Origin: an uncultured Gammaproteobacteria bacterium
GTDB lineage: Bacteria > Patescibacteriota > Patescibacteriia > UBA2591 > UBA6264
Length of the DNA stretch: 9,687 bases
Assembly: GCA_964617525.1 (NCBI GenBank)
Contig: CAZTWG010000019.1
Span: 1 to 9,687 of the forward strand
Reading direction: 5' to 3'
Both the position numbers and the translations under genes were made by a program. Below, one piece after another: positions 1-6,311 of this stretch. Under the pieces are notes generated by a model that saw nothing but the letters and a program-made list of their open reading frames with translations, was not told the DNA's origin and did not search any database. Positions within the stretch are counted from its first letter, which is position 1. Each line of letters starts with the position of its first letter.

Positions 1-22
1 TTTCTATTTTTTTATTATCCTT

Positions 23-1984
23 TTGCTGCTAACTATAACTGTATCTTTGGGTTCTAAGAAGTTAAGTAAAGGAAGAAAAAATAATATAAAAACATTAGAA
101 TCAAAAATTATTTTAAATAAATCGTCGTTTGAGGTTCCAAAGAGTCTTTATTTTTTCGGAATTCTAATTTTTCTTTTTTTATTCTTTTTGTTGTTTCGAT
201 CTCGCACCGGAGAATATATTCATTCTCCCTGGACTGTTATTCATCCTCTCTATATATATGGCTGGTTAGCTATATCTTTTATTATTGGTTATTTAGTTTT
301 TTCAAAATGCAAATTAAAAACATTTTTGTTGGTTATAATTTTTTGTTCTATTCTCTTGCATTCTTACCTATTAATTCCTTATGAAGCTGGTTTCGGCGGG
401 GATAAATGGCGACATATAGGAGCAGAGAGATGGTTGATGGATGGTAAGGTTTATGAACCAGCCCTGTTTGGCAAAAATGTTTCTTACAAAAATTTTGGTC
501 CTTTAATGGTTCCTGAAGTTTTTGTGGCTGGCAATAAAACATCTTATGCTAATATGTGGGGGCTAACCATTGCTTTGTCATGGTTGACTGGGTTAGATGT
601 TTTTTGGATTGACTTATTTTTAGGATTTCTGCTTTTTTCAATATTTTTGCCATTTTTGATTTTAAAATTTGCTAGTCTTTTTTCTAAGAAAAAAGAATTT
701 TTATATCTAATGATTTTTTCACCCTTTCTGTTTTACACCTTTCAAGCTTATGGGAGTATTACAGTGCCTATGTCTTTTGCCTTTTTGCCATTTCTCTTTA
801 GCTTAATTTTTCTTGGGCAGTATCTTAAGGGGTTAATTTCTGGTCGTCGTTTTTTAATACTTTTATGTTTTTTTATTCCCTTTCTGTATTTCAGCTATAT
901 TCTTTATTTAATAGTTTTTATTATAATGCTATTTTTAGCTTTAATCTTTAAAAGAATTTTTTCTGGCTCTCATACGGGTAAAATTAAAAAATGGGTTTTG
1001 CTTTTAATTATTTTTGTTTTTTGCGCTTCAATCTCGATACCCTTATTAGACACTCATAATCAATATTCTAATTTTAAAATGCCTCTTTTTTCTTCTTCTA
1101 ATATTTCTCATGCGCTTAAAAATTCTATTAGTTTTCTTTTCTCTTCAGCTGCTATTTTCCCTAGAATTTATCAATTTGAACAAGATAATTGGCTCTATGC
1201 GCAAACTAACCAGGAACTTTCGCGATCTATTTTTTTAGAGATTGCTCCATGGTGGCTGTTCTTAACGCCTATTCTTTTAATTCTAGTTATTCTGGGAGTC
1301 GTCCGATATGTTAAATTAAAAGATAAAAAGATCGCCTTTTGGTTGATTTTTTCTCTGATTATTTTTTTAACTAGCCAAATGATATCTTCTTCTTTTATGG
1401 AAGGAAATCATATCCTCAGCAAACGTTTGGTGCTTTTGATTTCTTTTTTAATCTCTTTCCCTTTGGCTTGGGGTTTAACTTATCTAGCTTCTACTCAAAG
1501 AAGGGTAGTTTTTGCAATAATAATTCTTTTTCTAGGGTTAGTTTCTGTCACTACCTATGCTTCTGGTCCTAAGTTTCAGGTAGTTACGGGCGATGAATTG
1601 AGCGCAGCAAAATACATTTGGAAAGAATATAAAAGAAACAATAATAAACCTGCGCATCCGTGCGTTTTGGCTAATACTTGGCCTTTACTGGCGCTAGAAG
1701 GAGTCTCTGGCAGGGAAATTATTACTGGTGGGTTTCCTTATTATTTTGAATATCGTCAACCAGAAAGAGTACAATTATTTGCTAATATGAATCATTCGCC
1801 CTCAGTTCGTTATTTGAATAAAGCAATTGAAATTACTGGTGCTAAAGAATGTTATTTTGTAACAGAAGAGCGTTGGATATTTTTCGACAAAAGGCAAAAA
1901 ATTATTGAGTCTTTGGATGAAATTTTGGGCAAGCGTAAACAAATAGGAAAGGTGATGATTTGGCTTTATGACCCTCGGATTTAG
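23..1984 (+). CDS. Large polytopic integral membrane protein with a ~130-aa hydrophilic C-terminal domain. Possible GT-C-like glycosyltransferase or polymerase; family not recognised.
   Basis: 1962-nt ORF ending at TAG 1982-1984. About 13-15 Phe/Leu/Ile-rich hydrophobic segments. A charged loop YEAGFGGDKWRH follows the third segment, and a soluble tail follows the last segment. The start is uncertain. There is no in-frame stop between the window edge (pos 2) and TTG 23, and the first in-frame ATG is codon 139. The start is therefore TTG 23, TTG 47, or upstream of the window. Confidence 0.6.
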   Translation: MLLTITVSLGSKKLSKGRKNNIKTLESKIILNKSSFEVPKSLYFFGILIFLFLFFLLFRSRTGEYIHSPWTVIHPLYIYGWLAISFIIGYLVFSKCKLKTFLLVIIFCSILLHSYLLIPYEAGFGGDKWRHIGAERWLMDGKVYEPALFGKNVSYKNFGPLMVPEVFVAGNKTSYANMWGLTIALSWLTGLDVFWIDLFLGFLLFSIFLPFLILKFASLFSKKKEFLYLMIFSPFLFYTFQAYGSITVPMSFAFLPFLFSLIFLGQYLKGLISGRRFLILLCFFIPFLYFSYILYLIVFIIMLFLALIFKRIFSGSHTGKIKKWVLLLIIFVFCASISIPLLDTHNQYSNFKMPLFSSSNISHALKNSISFLFSSAAIFPRIYQFEQDNWLYAQTNQELSRSIFLEIAPWWLFLTPILLILVILGVVRYVKLKDKKIAFWLIFSLIIFLTSQMISSSFMEGNHILSKRLVLLISFLISFPLAWGLTYLASTQRRVVFAIIILFLGLVSVTTYASGPKFQVVTGDELSAAKYIWKEYKRNNNKPAHPCVLANTWPLLALEGVSGREIITGGFPYYFEYRQPERVQLFANMNHSPSVRYLNKAIEITGAKECYFVTEERWIFFDKRQKIIESLDEILGKRKQIGKVMIWLYDPRI

Positions 1985-2011
1985 GGTTATGATAAGAAAG
2001 TAATTTAATTT

Positions 2012-2623
2012 ATGAAAGTTTCTAATGGAGTAAAAATATACAGAATTTTTTTGGTTTTATCTTTTTTATTGTTGGGAGTTTGGCTAATTTCCAAGAATTT
2101 AGTAATGGCTGGAGAACTAATTGTAGAAAAGGATTTTTGTTTTCCTTCACGTTTGATTTCTGATTTTTTCCCTAAAGATAGAGTAGGATTAATTGAAGGG
2201 CAGGGAGACTCAGAATGCTTCCAAAGGATTTTTGTTGAGCCAGCTTATTTCAAACTAAAGGTTCCACGTACATTTGATAGAGTAAGAGTTGAAATAACTT
2301 ATCAAAATCCTAATCATCCCGTTCTACAATTAGCTTTAATGCAAAAAAGAATTAATCCGTTAGATTGGAATTTTCAATTAAAATCATTAGAAAACCCTAT
2401 TAGTAAGGAGTGGCAAAAGGGTGTGGTTGAATTTATGGCTGGGCCCAATTATATGAATGACCATGCTTTAGAGTTTATGATTTCTGCGCCTGGATTAACT
2501 GATGCTAGACACGAAATTAAAATAAAAAAGATTAAAGTATGGCTATACAGATCTCCGTTTAATTGGAGAAATGTTTGCCCAGATATAAAAAATTATTTAA
2601 TAAATAAAATTAAGAAAGGGTAA
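2012..2623 (+). CDS. Hypothetical signal-anchored or secreted protein (203 aa)
   Basis: ATG 27 nt after the previous stop. N-terminal hydrophobic segment IFLVLSFLLLGVWLI followed by VMA-GE (possible signal-peptidase site). The rest is hydrophilic and looks beta-rich, with 3 Cys. No recognisable family motif. The stop TAA overlaps the next ATG (TAATG). Confidence 0.6.
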   Translation: MKVSNGVKIYRIFLVLSFLLLGVWLISKNLVMAGELIVEKDFCFPSRLISDFFPKDRVGLIEGQGDSECFQRIFVEPAYFKLKVPRTFDRVRVEITYQNPNHPVLQLALMQKRINPLDWNFQLKSLENPISKEWQKGVVEFMAGPNYMNDHALEFMISAPGLTDARHEIKIKKIKVWLYRSPFNWRNVCPDIKNYLINKIKKG

Positions 2624-2811
2624 TGTTTTATAGATTTTTAAAAGATTTATTAATTGCAAGTAGTTTTTGTTTTTTTGTGCTCTGCATAATAGAAGATTTT
2701 CAACCTGGTTTTGTTTCTTTTTGGTTTGATATAAGAATTGTTTTATATATAGCTTTGCTAAGTGGTTTTTTGGTTCTGTTAAATGAATTTGCTTTTAAGC
2801 TGAAAAAATGA
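2623..2811 (+). CDS. Small two-TM membrane peptide (62 aa), hypothetical
   Basis: ATG overlaps the upstream stop by 1 nt (TAATG), suggesting translational coupling. AAGG lies just upstream. Two hydrophobic helices (LLIASSFCFFVLCII, IVLYIALLSGFLVLL). It exactly fills the gap to rmuC and ends in tandem stops TGA-TAA. Confidence 0.45.
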   Translation: MFYRFLKDLLIASSFCFFVLCIIEDFQPGFVSFWFDIRIVLYIALLSGFLVLLNEFAFKLKK

Positions 2812-2815
2812 TAAG

Positions 2816-3859
2816 ATGTGTGGTATGACTACTTTATTAGTTATTTTAATTATTGTTATTGTGCTTGGCGGAGCTCTTTCTTTTGTTTATTCTAATAAAC
2901 GTTTTGAAAAATTTAAAGAGGATGTTATAAAAAATCAGGGAGTTCTGATGTTGCAGGACCAAATAGGAGAGATACGCACTAGCATTCAATCTCAATCAGG
3001 GCAGAATATAAAGATTATTCAAGATGTTATGGAAAGATTGGGGAAGCTTGATAAAACTAATCAAAAGATAGTTGATTTTGGGGGACAACTAAAAGACCTT
3101 CAGAATATTTTAAAAAACCCAAAACATCGTGGAATTTTAGGAGAGTATTGTTTAGAAATGGTTTTAAAGAATGTTTTGCCACCAAACATTTATAAAATGC
3201 AATACAATTTAGGCAAAGATGAACAAACTGGCAAGGATTTAATTGTTGACGCGGCAATTTTTGTTCAGAAGAAGATTATTCCTATTGACGCTAAATTCTC
3301 TTTAGAAAATTATAATCGTTTAATCGAAGAAAATGACAAGAGCAAACGTCAACAATTAGAAAAATTATTTAGACAGGATTTAAAGAATCGCATCAATGAA
3401 ACTTCTAAATATATTAATCCATCAAAAGATACTTTTGATTTTGCTTTCATGTTTATCCCTTCTGAGGCTATTTATTATGATTTATTGGTCGGAGAGGTGG
3501 GAGCCATTAAAAGCAAGGCCTCAAGTTTAGTTGAATATGCCTTTAGGGAAAGGCATGTTATTATTGTTTCCCCAACTACATTTTTAGCTTATTTGCAAAT
3601 GGTGTTACAGGGTTTACGTTCTTTGCAGATAGAAGATTCGGCGAAAGAAATTAAAAAAAATGTAGAAAAACTCATGAAACATATTAGCTCTTATGATGTT
3701 TTTTTGCAAAAGTTGGGACAAAATTTAAGCGTAACAGTAAATACTTACAACACAACATATAAGGAATTTCAGAAAATGGACAAAGATGTTCTAAAAATAA
3801 CAGGGGATAATGCGGGGATTGATGCGCTATCTCTTGATAAACCCAAATTAACTGATTAA
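2816..3859 (+). CDS. rmuC: DNA recombination protein RmuC (membrane-anchored, coiled-coil, PD-(D/E)XK-like nuclease family)
   Basis: N-terminal TM (TTLLVILIIVIVLGGALSFV) and a coiled-coil region. RmuC-family blocks recognised by eye: DAAIFVQKKIIPIDAKFSLENY, FAFMFIPSEAIYYDLL, VIIVSPTTFLAYLQMV. An alternative ATG lies at 2825. Confidence 0.85.
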   Translation: MCGMTTLLVILIIVIVLGGALSFVYSNKRFEKFKEDVIKNQGVLMLQDQIGEIRTSIQSQSGQNIKIIQDVMERLGKLDKTNQKIVDFGGQLKDLQNILKNPKHRGILGEYCLEMVLKNVLPPNIYKMQYNLGKDEQTGKDLIVDAAIFVQKKIIPIDAKFSLENYNRLIEENDKSKRQQLEKLFRQDLKNRINETSKYINPSKDTFDFAFMFIPSEAIYYDLLVGEVGAIKSKASSLVEYAFRERHVIIVSPTTFLAYLQMVLQGLRSLQIEDSAKEIKKNVEKLMKHISSYDVFLQKLGQNLSVTVNTYNTTYKEFQKMDKDVLKITGDNAGIDALSLDKPKLTD

Positions 3860-3863
3860 CTTT

Positions 3864-5000
3864 ATGGCAAAACGAAAAAATTTTATTCAAGCAACATCAA
3901 TTTTAGTTGGGACAATTGTAGGCGCTGGTATTTTTGGTTTACCGTACGCATTTTCAAAGGTTGGTTTTATCCCTGGCATTTTTTATCTTTTATTTCTAGG
4001 GATTGTATTTTTGATTACAATGTTTTGTTATGCTGAGGTAACTTTACGCACTAAAGGTGATATGGAAATGTCTGGTTATGTACGTCGTTATTTAGGTAAA
4101 AAATGGCAAATTTTAATTACAATATCTTTAGTGCTTGGAGGCTTTAGTGCTTCAATTGCTTATACTATTGGAGTAGGACAATTTTTGCATGCCATTCTAG
4201 GTCCTGTTTTGGGTGGTAGCCAAGTATTCTGGTCATTGTGTTTTTGGACATTGGCCAGCATATTAGTTTTTAAGGGTATCGGGATAGTTAGCAAAATAGA
4301 ACTTTTTATGGCTTTTGGGTTAATTGTGATTGTTTTGATAATTTTTGTAATGAGTTATTCATATATTGATATAGACAATTTAAAAAGTTTTCGTTTAGAA
4401 AACCTTTTTTTCCCTTATGGGTCAGTCTTATTTGCTTTGGGTGGAGCAACGGCTATCCCTACTATGCGCAGAATGTTGAGAAAAAATGTTAAATCGTTGA
4501 AGAAGTCAATAATTCTTGGCTTGTCTATTCCTATATTCATTTATATAATTTTTAGCTTAACGGTCATTGGCGTTAATGGTCAAAATGTTTCAGAAACAGC
4601 TATTACTGGATTAGCTAGGGCAACTAACAGTAGTGTTTTATTGATTGGTGGTATTTTTGGAATTTTAGCAATGACAACTTCGTTTTTGGCATTAGCTCAT
4701 ATTTTAAGCGAGTTATTCAAACGTGATTACAATATCCCAAGGTTTCCGGCATGGGCTTTAACAGTTTTTGTTCCTTTGATTATATTTCTTTTAGGATTGA
4801 GGAGTTTTATCGTTGTTATTAGCTTTGCTGGTGGTATTCTCTCTGGCATTCAGGGTATAGCTTTAATTACTAGTTATTATCGCGCCAAGAAAATGGGCGA
4901 TAGAGAGCCAGAGTTTAGTTTTAATCTACCAAAGCCAGCTGCATATGTTATTTACGCAGTATTTCTTTTTGGTATTGTTTATCAACTTATTTATTTGTGA
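3864..5000 (+). CDS. Amino-acid permease (APC superfamily; Aa_trans / Trp-Tyr-permease-like), ~11 TM
   Basis: N-terminal motif ATSILVGTIVGAGIFGLPYAFSKVGF is typical of amino-acid/auxin-type and aromatic amino-acid permeases. Multiple TM helices throughout. ATG lies 4 nt after the rmuC stop. Ends at TGA 4998-5000. Confidence 0.8.
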   Translation: MAKRKNFIQATSILVGTIVGAGIFGLPYAFSKVGFIPGIFYLLFLGIVFLITMFCYAEVTLRTKGDMEMSGYVRRYLGKKWQILITISLVLGGFSASIAYTIGVGQFLHAILGPVLGGSQVFWSLCFWTLASILVFKGIGIVSKIELFMAFGLIVIVLIIFVMSYSYIDIDNLKSFRLENLFFPYGSVLFALGGATAIPTMRRMLRKNVKSLKKSIILGLSIPIFIYIIFSLTVIGVNGQNVSETAITGLARATNSSVLLIGGIFGILAMTTSFLALAHILSELFKRDYNIPRFPAWALTVFVPLIIFLLGLRSFIVVISFAGGILSGIQGIALITSYYRAKKMGDREPEFSFNLPKPAAYVIYAVFLFGIVYQLIYL

Positions 5001-5017
5001 ACAAATAATATTTATCT

Positions 5018-6070
5018 ATGTCAGTTTTAGTTTTAAATAGTGGGAGTACTTCTCTAAAATACAAACTATTTTCAAGAAATTCTTTGAGGGTTTTGAAAAG
5101 TGGTAATTTTCAGGGTCTAAATAAGCAATCAGATTATTCTATTGCTTTTAAAAATCTTATTAAAGATATAGGGAACCTGTCTGATATTGAAATGGTTGGA
5201 CATCGCGTTGTTCATGGTGGAGGTAAATTTTTAAAATCTACCGTCATAAATAACAAGAATTTTAAAACTTTATTAAAATTTAATCATTTTGCCCCCCTGC
5301 ATAATCCTCATGCCTTGCAAGTTTTGAAGTTAGCTCGCATTTATATCCCTCATATCCCTCATATAGCTGTTTTTGATACAAGCTTTTTTACTACCCTACC
5401 CAAAAAGGCTAAGGTTTATTCTATCCCGTTAAAATACTATGAAAAATATGGTATTCAGAAATTTGGTTTTCATGGAATTTCATATAAGTATGTAGCTACA
5501 AAAGTAGCCCAAAAACTAAAAAGAAAATTAAATTCAATCAATTTAATTATCTGTCATTTAGGTGGAGGGTGTAGTGTAGCTGCTATTAAAAAGGGGAGGG
5601 CTATTGATACAAGTATGGGGTTTACCCCAATGAGTGGATTAGTTATGATGTCCCGTTCTGGAGATTTAGACCCAGGTCTAATCTTCCATTTAAATAATAA
5701 TTTTAAACTTTCAAATAATAAAATTTATAATTTATTGAACTTCGATTCAGGTATTAAGGGACTTTTTGGGAAAAGTAATTTTTTGGAACTATTGAAAGCA
5801 GTTAAGAATAAAAACAAAAAAGCTCAATTAGCTTTTGATATTTTTGTTTATTCTATTCAAAAATATATTAGTTCTTATTATGGCATTTTAGGGAAAGTAG
5901 ATGCAGTTGTTTTTACGGGAGCTATTGGGTCGGGTAATCCTTATACAATAAGAAAGATTAGACAAGGACTTAAAATTTTAAAAGAAATTAAAATTTTGAG
6001 AATTGTTACGAACGAGGAAATAGCAATTGCTCAAGAATGTATTATTTTACGGGACTCCGCCAAAAAATAA
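5018..6070 (+). CDS. ackA: Acetate (propionate) kinase, compact divergent form (350 aa)
   Basis: ASKHA/acetate kinase blocks: VLVLNSGSTSLKY, GHRVVHGG, APLHNPHAL, AVFDTSFF, FGFHGISYKYV, ICHLGGGCS, DTSMGFTPMSGLVMMSRSGDLDPG, VVFTGAIGSGN, TNEEIAIA. It is ~50 aa shorter than typical enzymes. Confidence 0.85.
   Translation: MSVLVLNSGSTSLKYKLFSRNSLRVLKSGNFQGLNKQSDYSIAFKNLIKDIGNLSDIEMVGHRVVHGGGKFLKSTVINNKNFKTLLKFNHFAPLHNPHALQVLKLARIYIPHIPHIAVFDTSFFTTLPKKAKVYSIPLKYYEKYGIQKFGFHGISYKYVATKVAQKLKRKLNSINLIICHLGGGCSVAAIKKGRAIDTSMGFTPMSGLVMMSRSGDLDPGLIFHLNNNFKLSNNKIYNLLNFDSGIKGLFGKSNFLELLKAVKNKNKKAQLAFDIFVYSIQKYISSYYGILGKVDAVVFTGAIGSGNPYTIRKIRQGLKILKEIKILRIVTNEEIAIAQECIILRDSAKK
5343..5364 (+). repeat. Perfect in-frame 9-bp tandem repeat (2.4 units) inside ackA, encoding IPH-IPH-I
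   Basis: ATATCCCTC ATATCCCTC ATAT read directly. In codon register this is ATC CCT CAT | ATC CCT CAT | ATA. It lies 4 codons upstream of the FDT catalytic-Asp motif. Confidence 0.9.
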
Positions 6071-6146
6071 AAAACACATAAGATATTATTTAAAGGGTTT
6101 ATAAAGAAGCGGAGCTAATAATTGCTTAAAAATTAGCTTAATTCTT

Positions 6147-6175
6147 CTCACATCTATGTATAGGTGTGAGTTTTT
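6147..6175 (+). terminator. Rho-independent terminator downstream of ackA
   Basis: 9-bp stem CTCACATCT / AGGTGTGAG (one G-U pair), 6-nt loop ATGTAT, then TTTTT (6171-6175). It is preceded by a weaker AT-rich hairpin, AGCTAAT(6113-6119)/ATTAGCT(6132-6138). Confidence 0.6.
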
Positions 6176-6177
6176 AG

Positions 6178-6186
6178 TTATCCACA
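6178..6186 (+). promoter_or_regulatory. Perfect DnaA-box consensus TTATCCACA (box 1), just upstream of the -35
   Basis: Exact 9/9 match to the classical DnaA R-box consensus. The extended 10-mer TTATCCACAG is shared with boxes 2 and 3. Confidence 0.5.
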
Positions 6187-6194
6187 GGTTATGG

Positions 6195-6223
6195 TTGCCT
6201 AGTGGGGTAAAATGGTTTATAAT
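6195..6223 (+). promoter_or_regulatory. Sigma70-type promoter of the mraZ/dcw operon
   Basis: -35 TTGCCT (6195-6200), exact 17-bp spacer, perfect -10 TATAAT (6218-6223). Predicted TSS is near 6230, about 82 nt upstream of the mraZ ATG. Confidence 0.55.
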
Positions 6224-6231
6224 ACAAATGT

Positions 6232-6258
6232 TGTGGAAGCCTGTGGATAAAAGTGGGG
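6232..6258 (+). promoter_or_regulatory. Candidate MraZ operator: three GTGG-core direct repeats phased exactly 10 bp apart
   Basis: GTGG starts at 6233, 6243 and 6253 (TGTGGAAGCC TGTGGATAAA AGTGGGGAAA), immediately downstream of the predicted TSS. A further GTGGGG lies at 6202-6207 inside the promoter spacer. Confidence 0.5.
6242..6250 (-). promoter_or_regulatory. Perfect DnaA-box consensus (box 2; TGTGGATAA on the + strand), at about +12 to +20
   Basis: Exact 9/9 reverse-complement match. It forms an 11-bp perfect inverted repeat with box 1 (TTATCCACAGG 6178-6188 / CCTGTGGATAA 6240-6250) that brackets the promoter. Confidence 0.5.
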
Positions 6259-6273
6259 AAAACTCAGGTAAAC

Positions 6274-6282
6274 TGTGGATAA
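6274..6282 (-). promoter_or_regulatory. Perfect DnaA-box consensus (box 3; TGTGGATAA on the + strand) in the mraZ leader
   Basis: Exact 9/9 match. The 11-mer CTGTGGATAAA (6273-6283) is an exact direct repeat of 6241-6251, with a 32-bp period. Confidence 0.5.
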
Positions 6283-6311
6283 ACAAAATAGTCTAATTTT
6301 AACGAATTATT

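Noticed and set aside
348-542. Minus-strand 64-aa ORF from the track
   Set aside because: It lies entirely antisense within the long membrane-protein ORF. It has no motif or start context and is typical of spurious antisense ORFs.
1971-1987. Small hairpin ACCCT-N7-AGGGT spanning the stop codon of the first gene
   Set aside because: The stem is only 5 bp with no U-tract. It is unlikely to terminate transcription, and the next gene starts 27 nt later.
2809-2814. Possible alternative genetic code (UGA recoded, as in some candidate phyla)
   Set aside because: The conserved genes (rmuC, ackA, mraZ, rsmH, ftsI) are full length with no in-frame TGA, and Trp is encoded by TGG. The permease ends at TGA at the expected length. 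ORF3 ends in TGA immediately backed by TAA. The standard bacterial code fits.
3057-3257. Minus-strand 66-aa ORF
   Set aside because: It is embedded antisense in rmuC, whose + strand frame carries clear family motifs.
2012-3859. Reading RmuC plus the two upstream small proteins as a phage-defence system
   Set aside because: RmuC here has the ordinary housekeeping architecture (TM, coiled coil, nuclease-like C-terminus). No ATPase, methylase, sensor or toxin partner is present. There are no flanking mobile-element or defence-island signatures.
3684-3890. Minus-strand 68-aa ORF spanning the rmuC/permease junction
   Set aside because: It is antisense to two well-supported + strand genes separated by only 4 nt. 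There is no independent support.
4991-5008. 8-bp inverted repeat TTATTTGT-GA-ACAAATAA across the permease stop codon, just upstream of the ackA start
   Set aside because: It is all A/T apart from one G/C pair per arm, has only a 2-nt centre and has no T-tract. It is too weak for a terminator and plausible by chance in AT-rich DNA. A protein-binding palindrome cannot be excluded, but nothing supports it.
6086-6286. Minus-strand 66-aa ORF covering the ackA-mraZ intergenic region
   Set aside because: It would be read through the terminator hairpin, the promoter and all the DnaA/MraZ-type boxes. The region is better explained as regulatory DNA. The peptide is low-complexity with no recognisable features.
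6071-6311. Interpreting the DnaA-box cluster as the chromosomal origin (oriC)
   Set aside because: Genes on both sides are co-oriented on the + strand, so there is no leading-strand switch. No dnaA/dnaN is adjacent. There are only three boxes and no distinct repeated AT-rich 13-mer-like unwinding element beyond the generally AT-rich background. The boxes sit precisely around a promoter. The idea is not excluded, and GC skew on the full contig would decide it.
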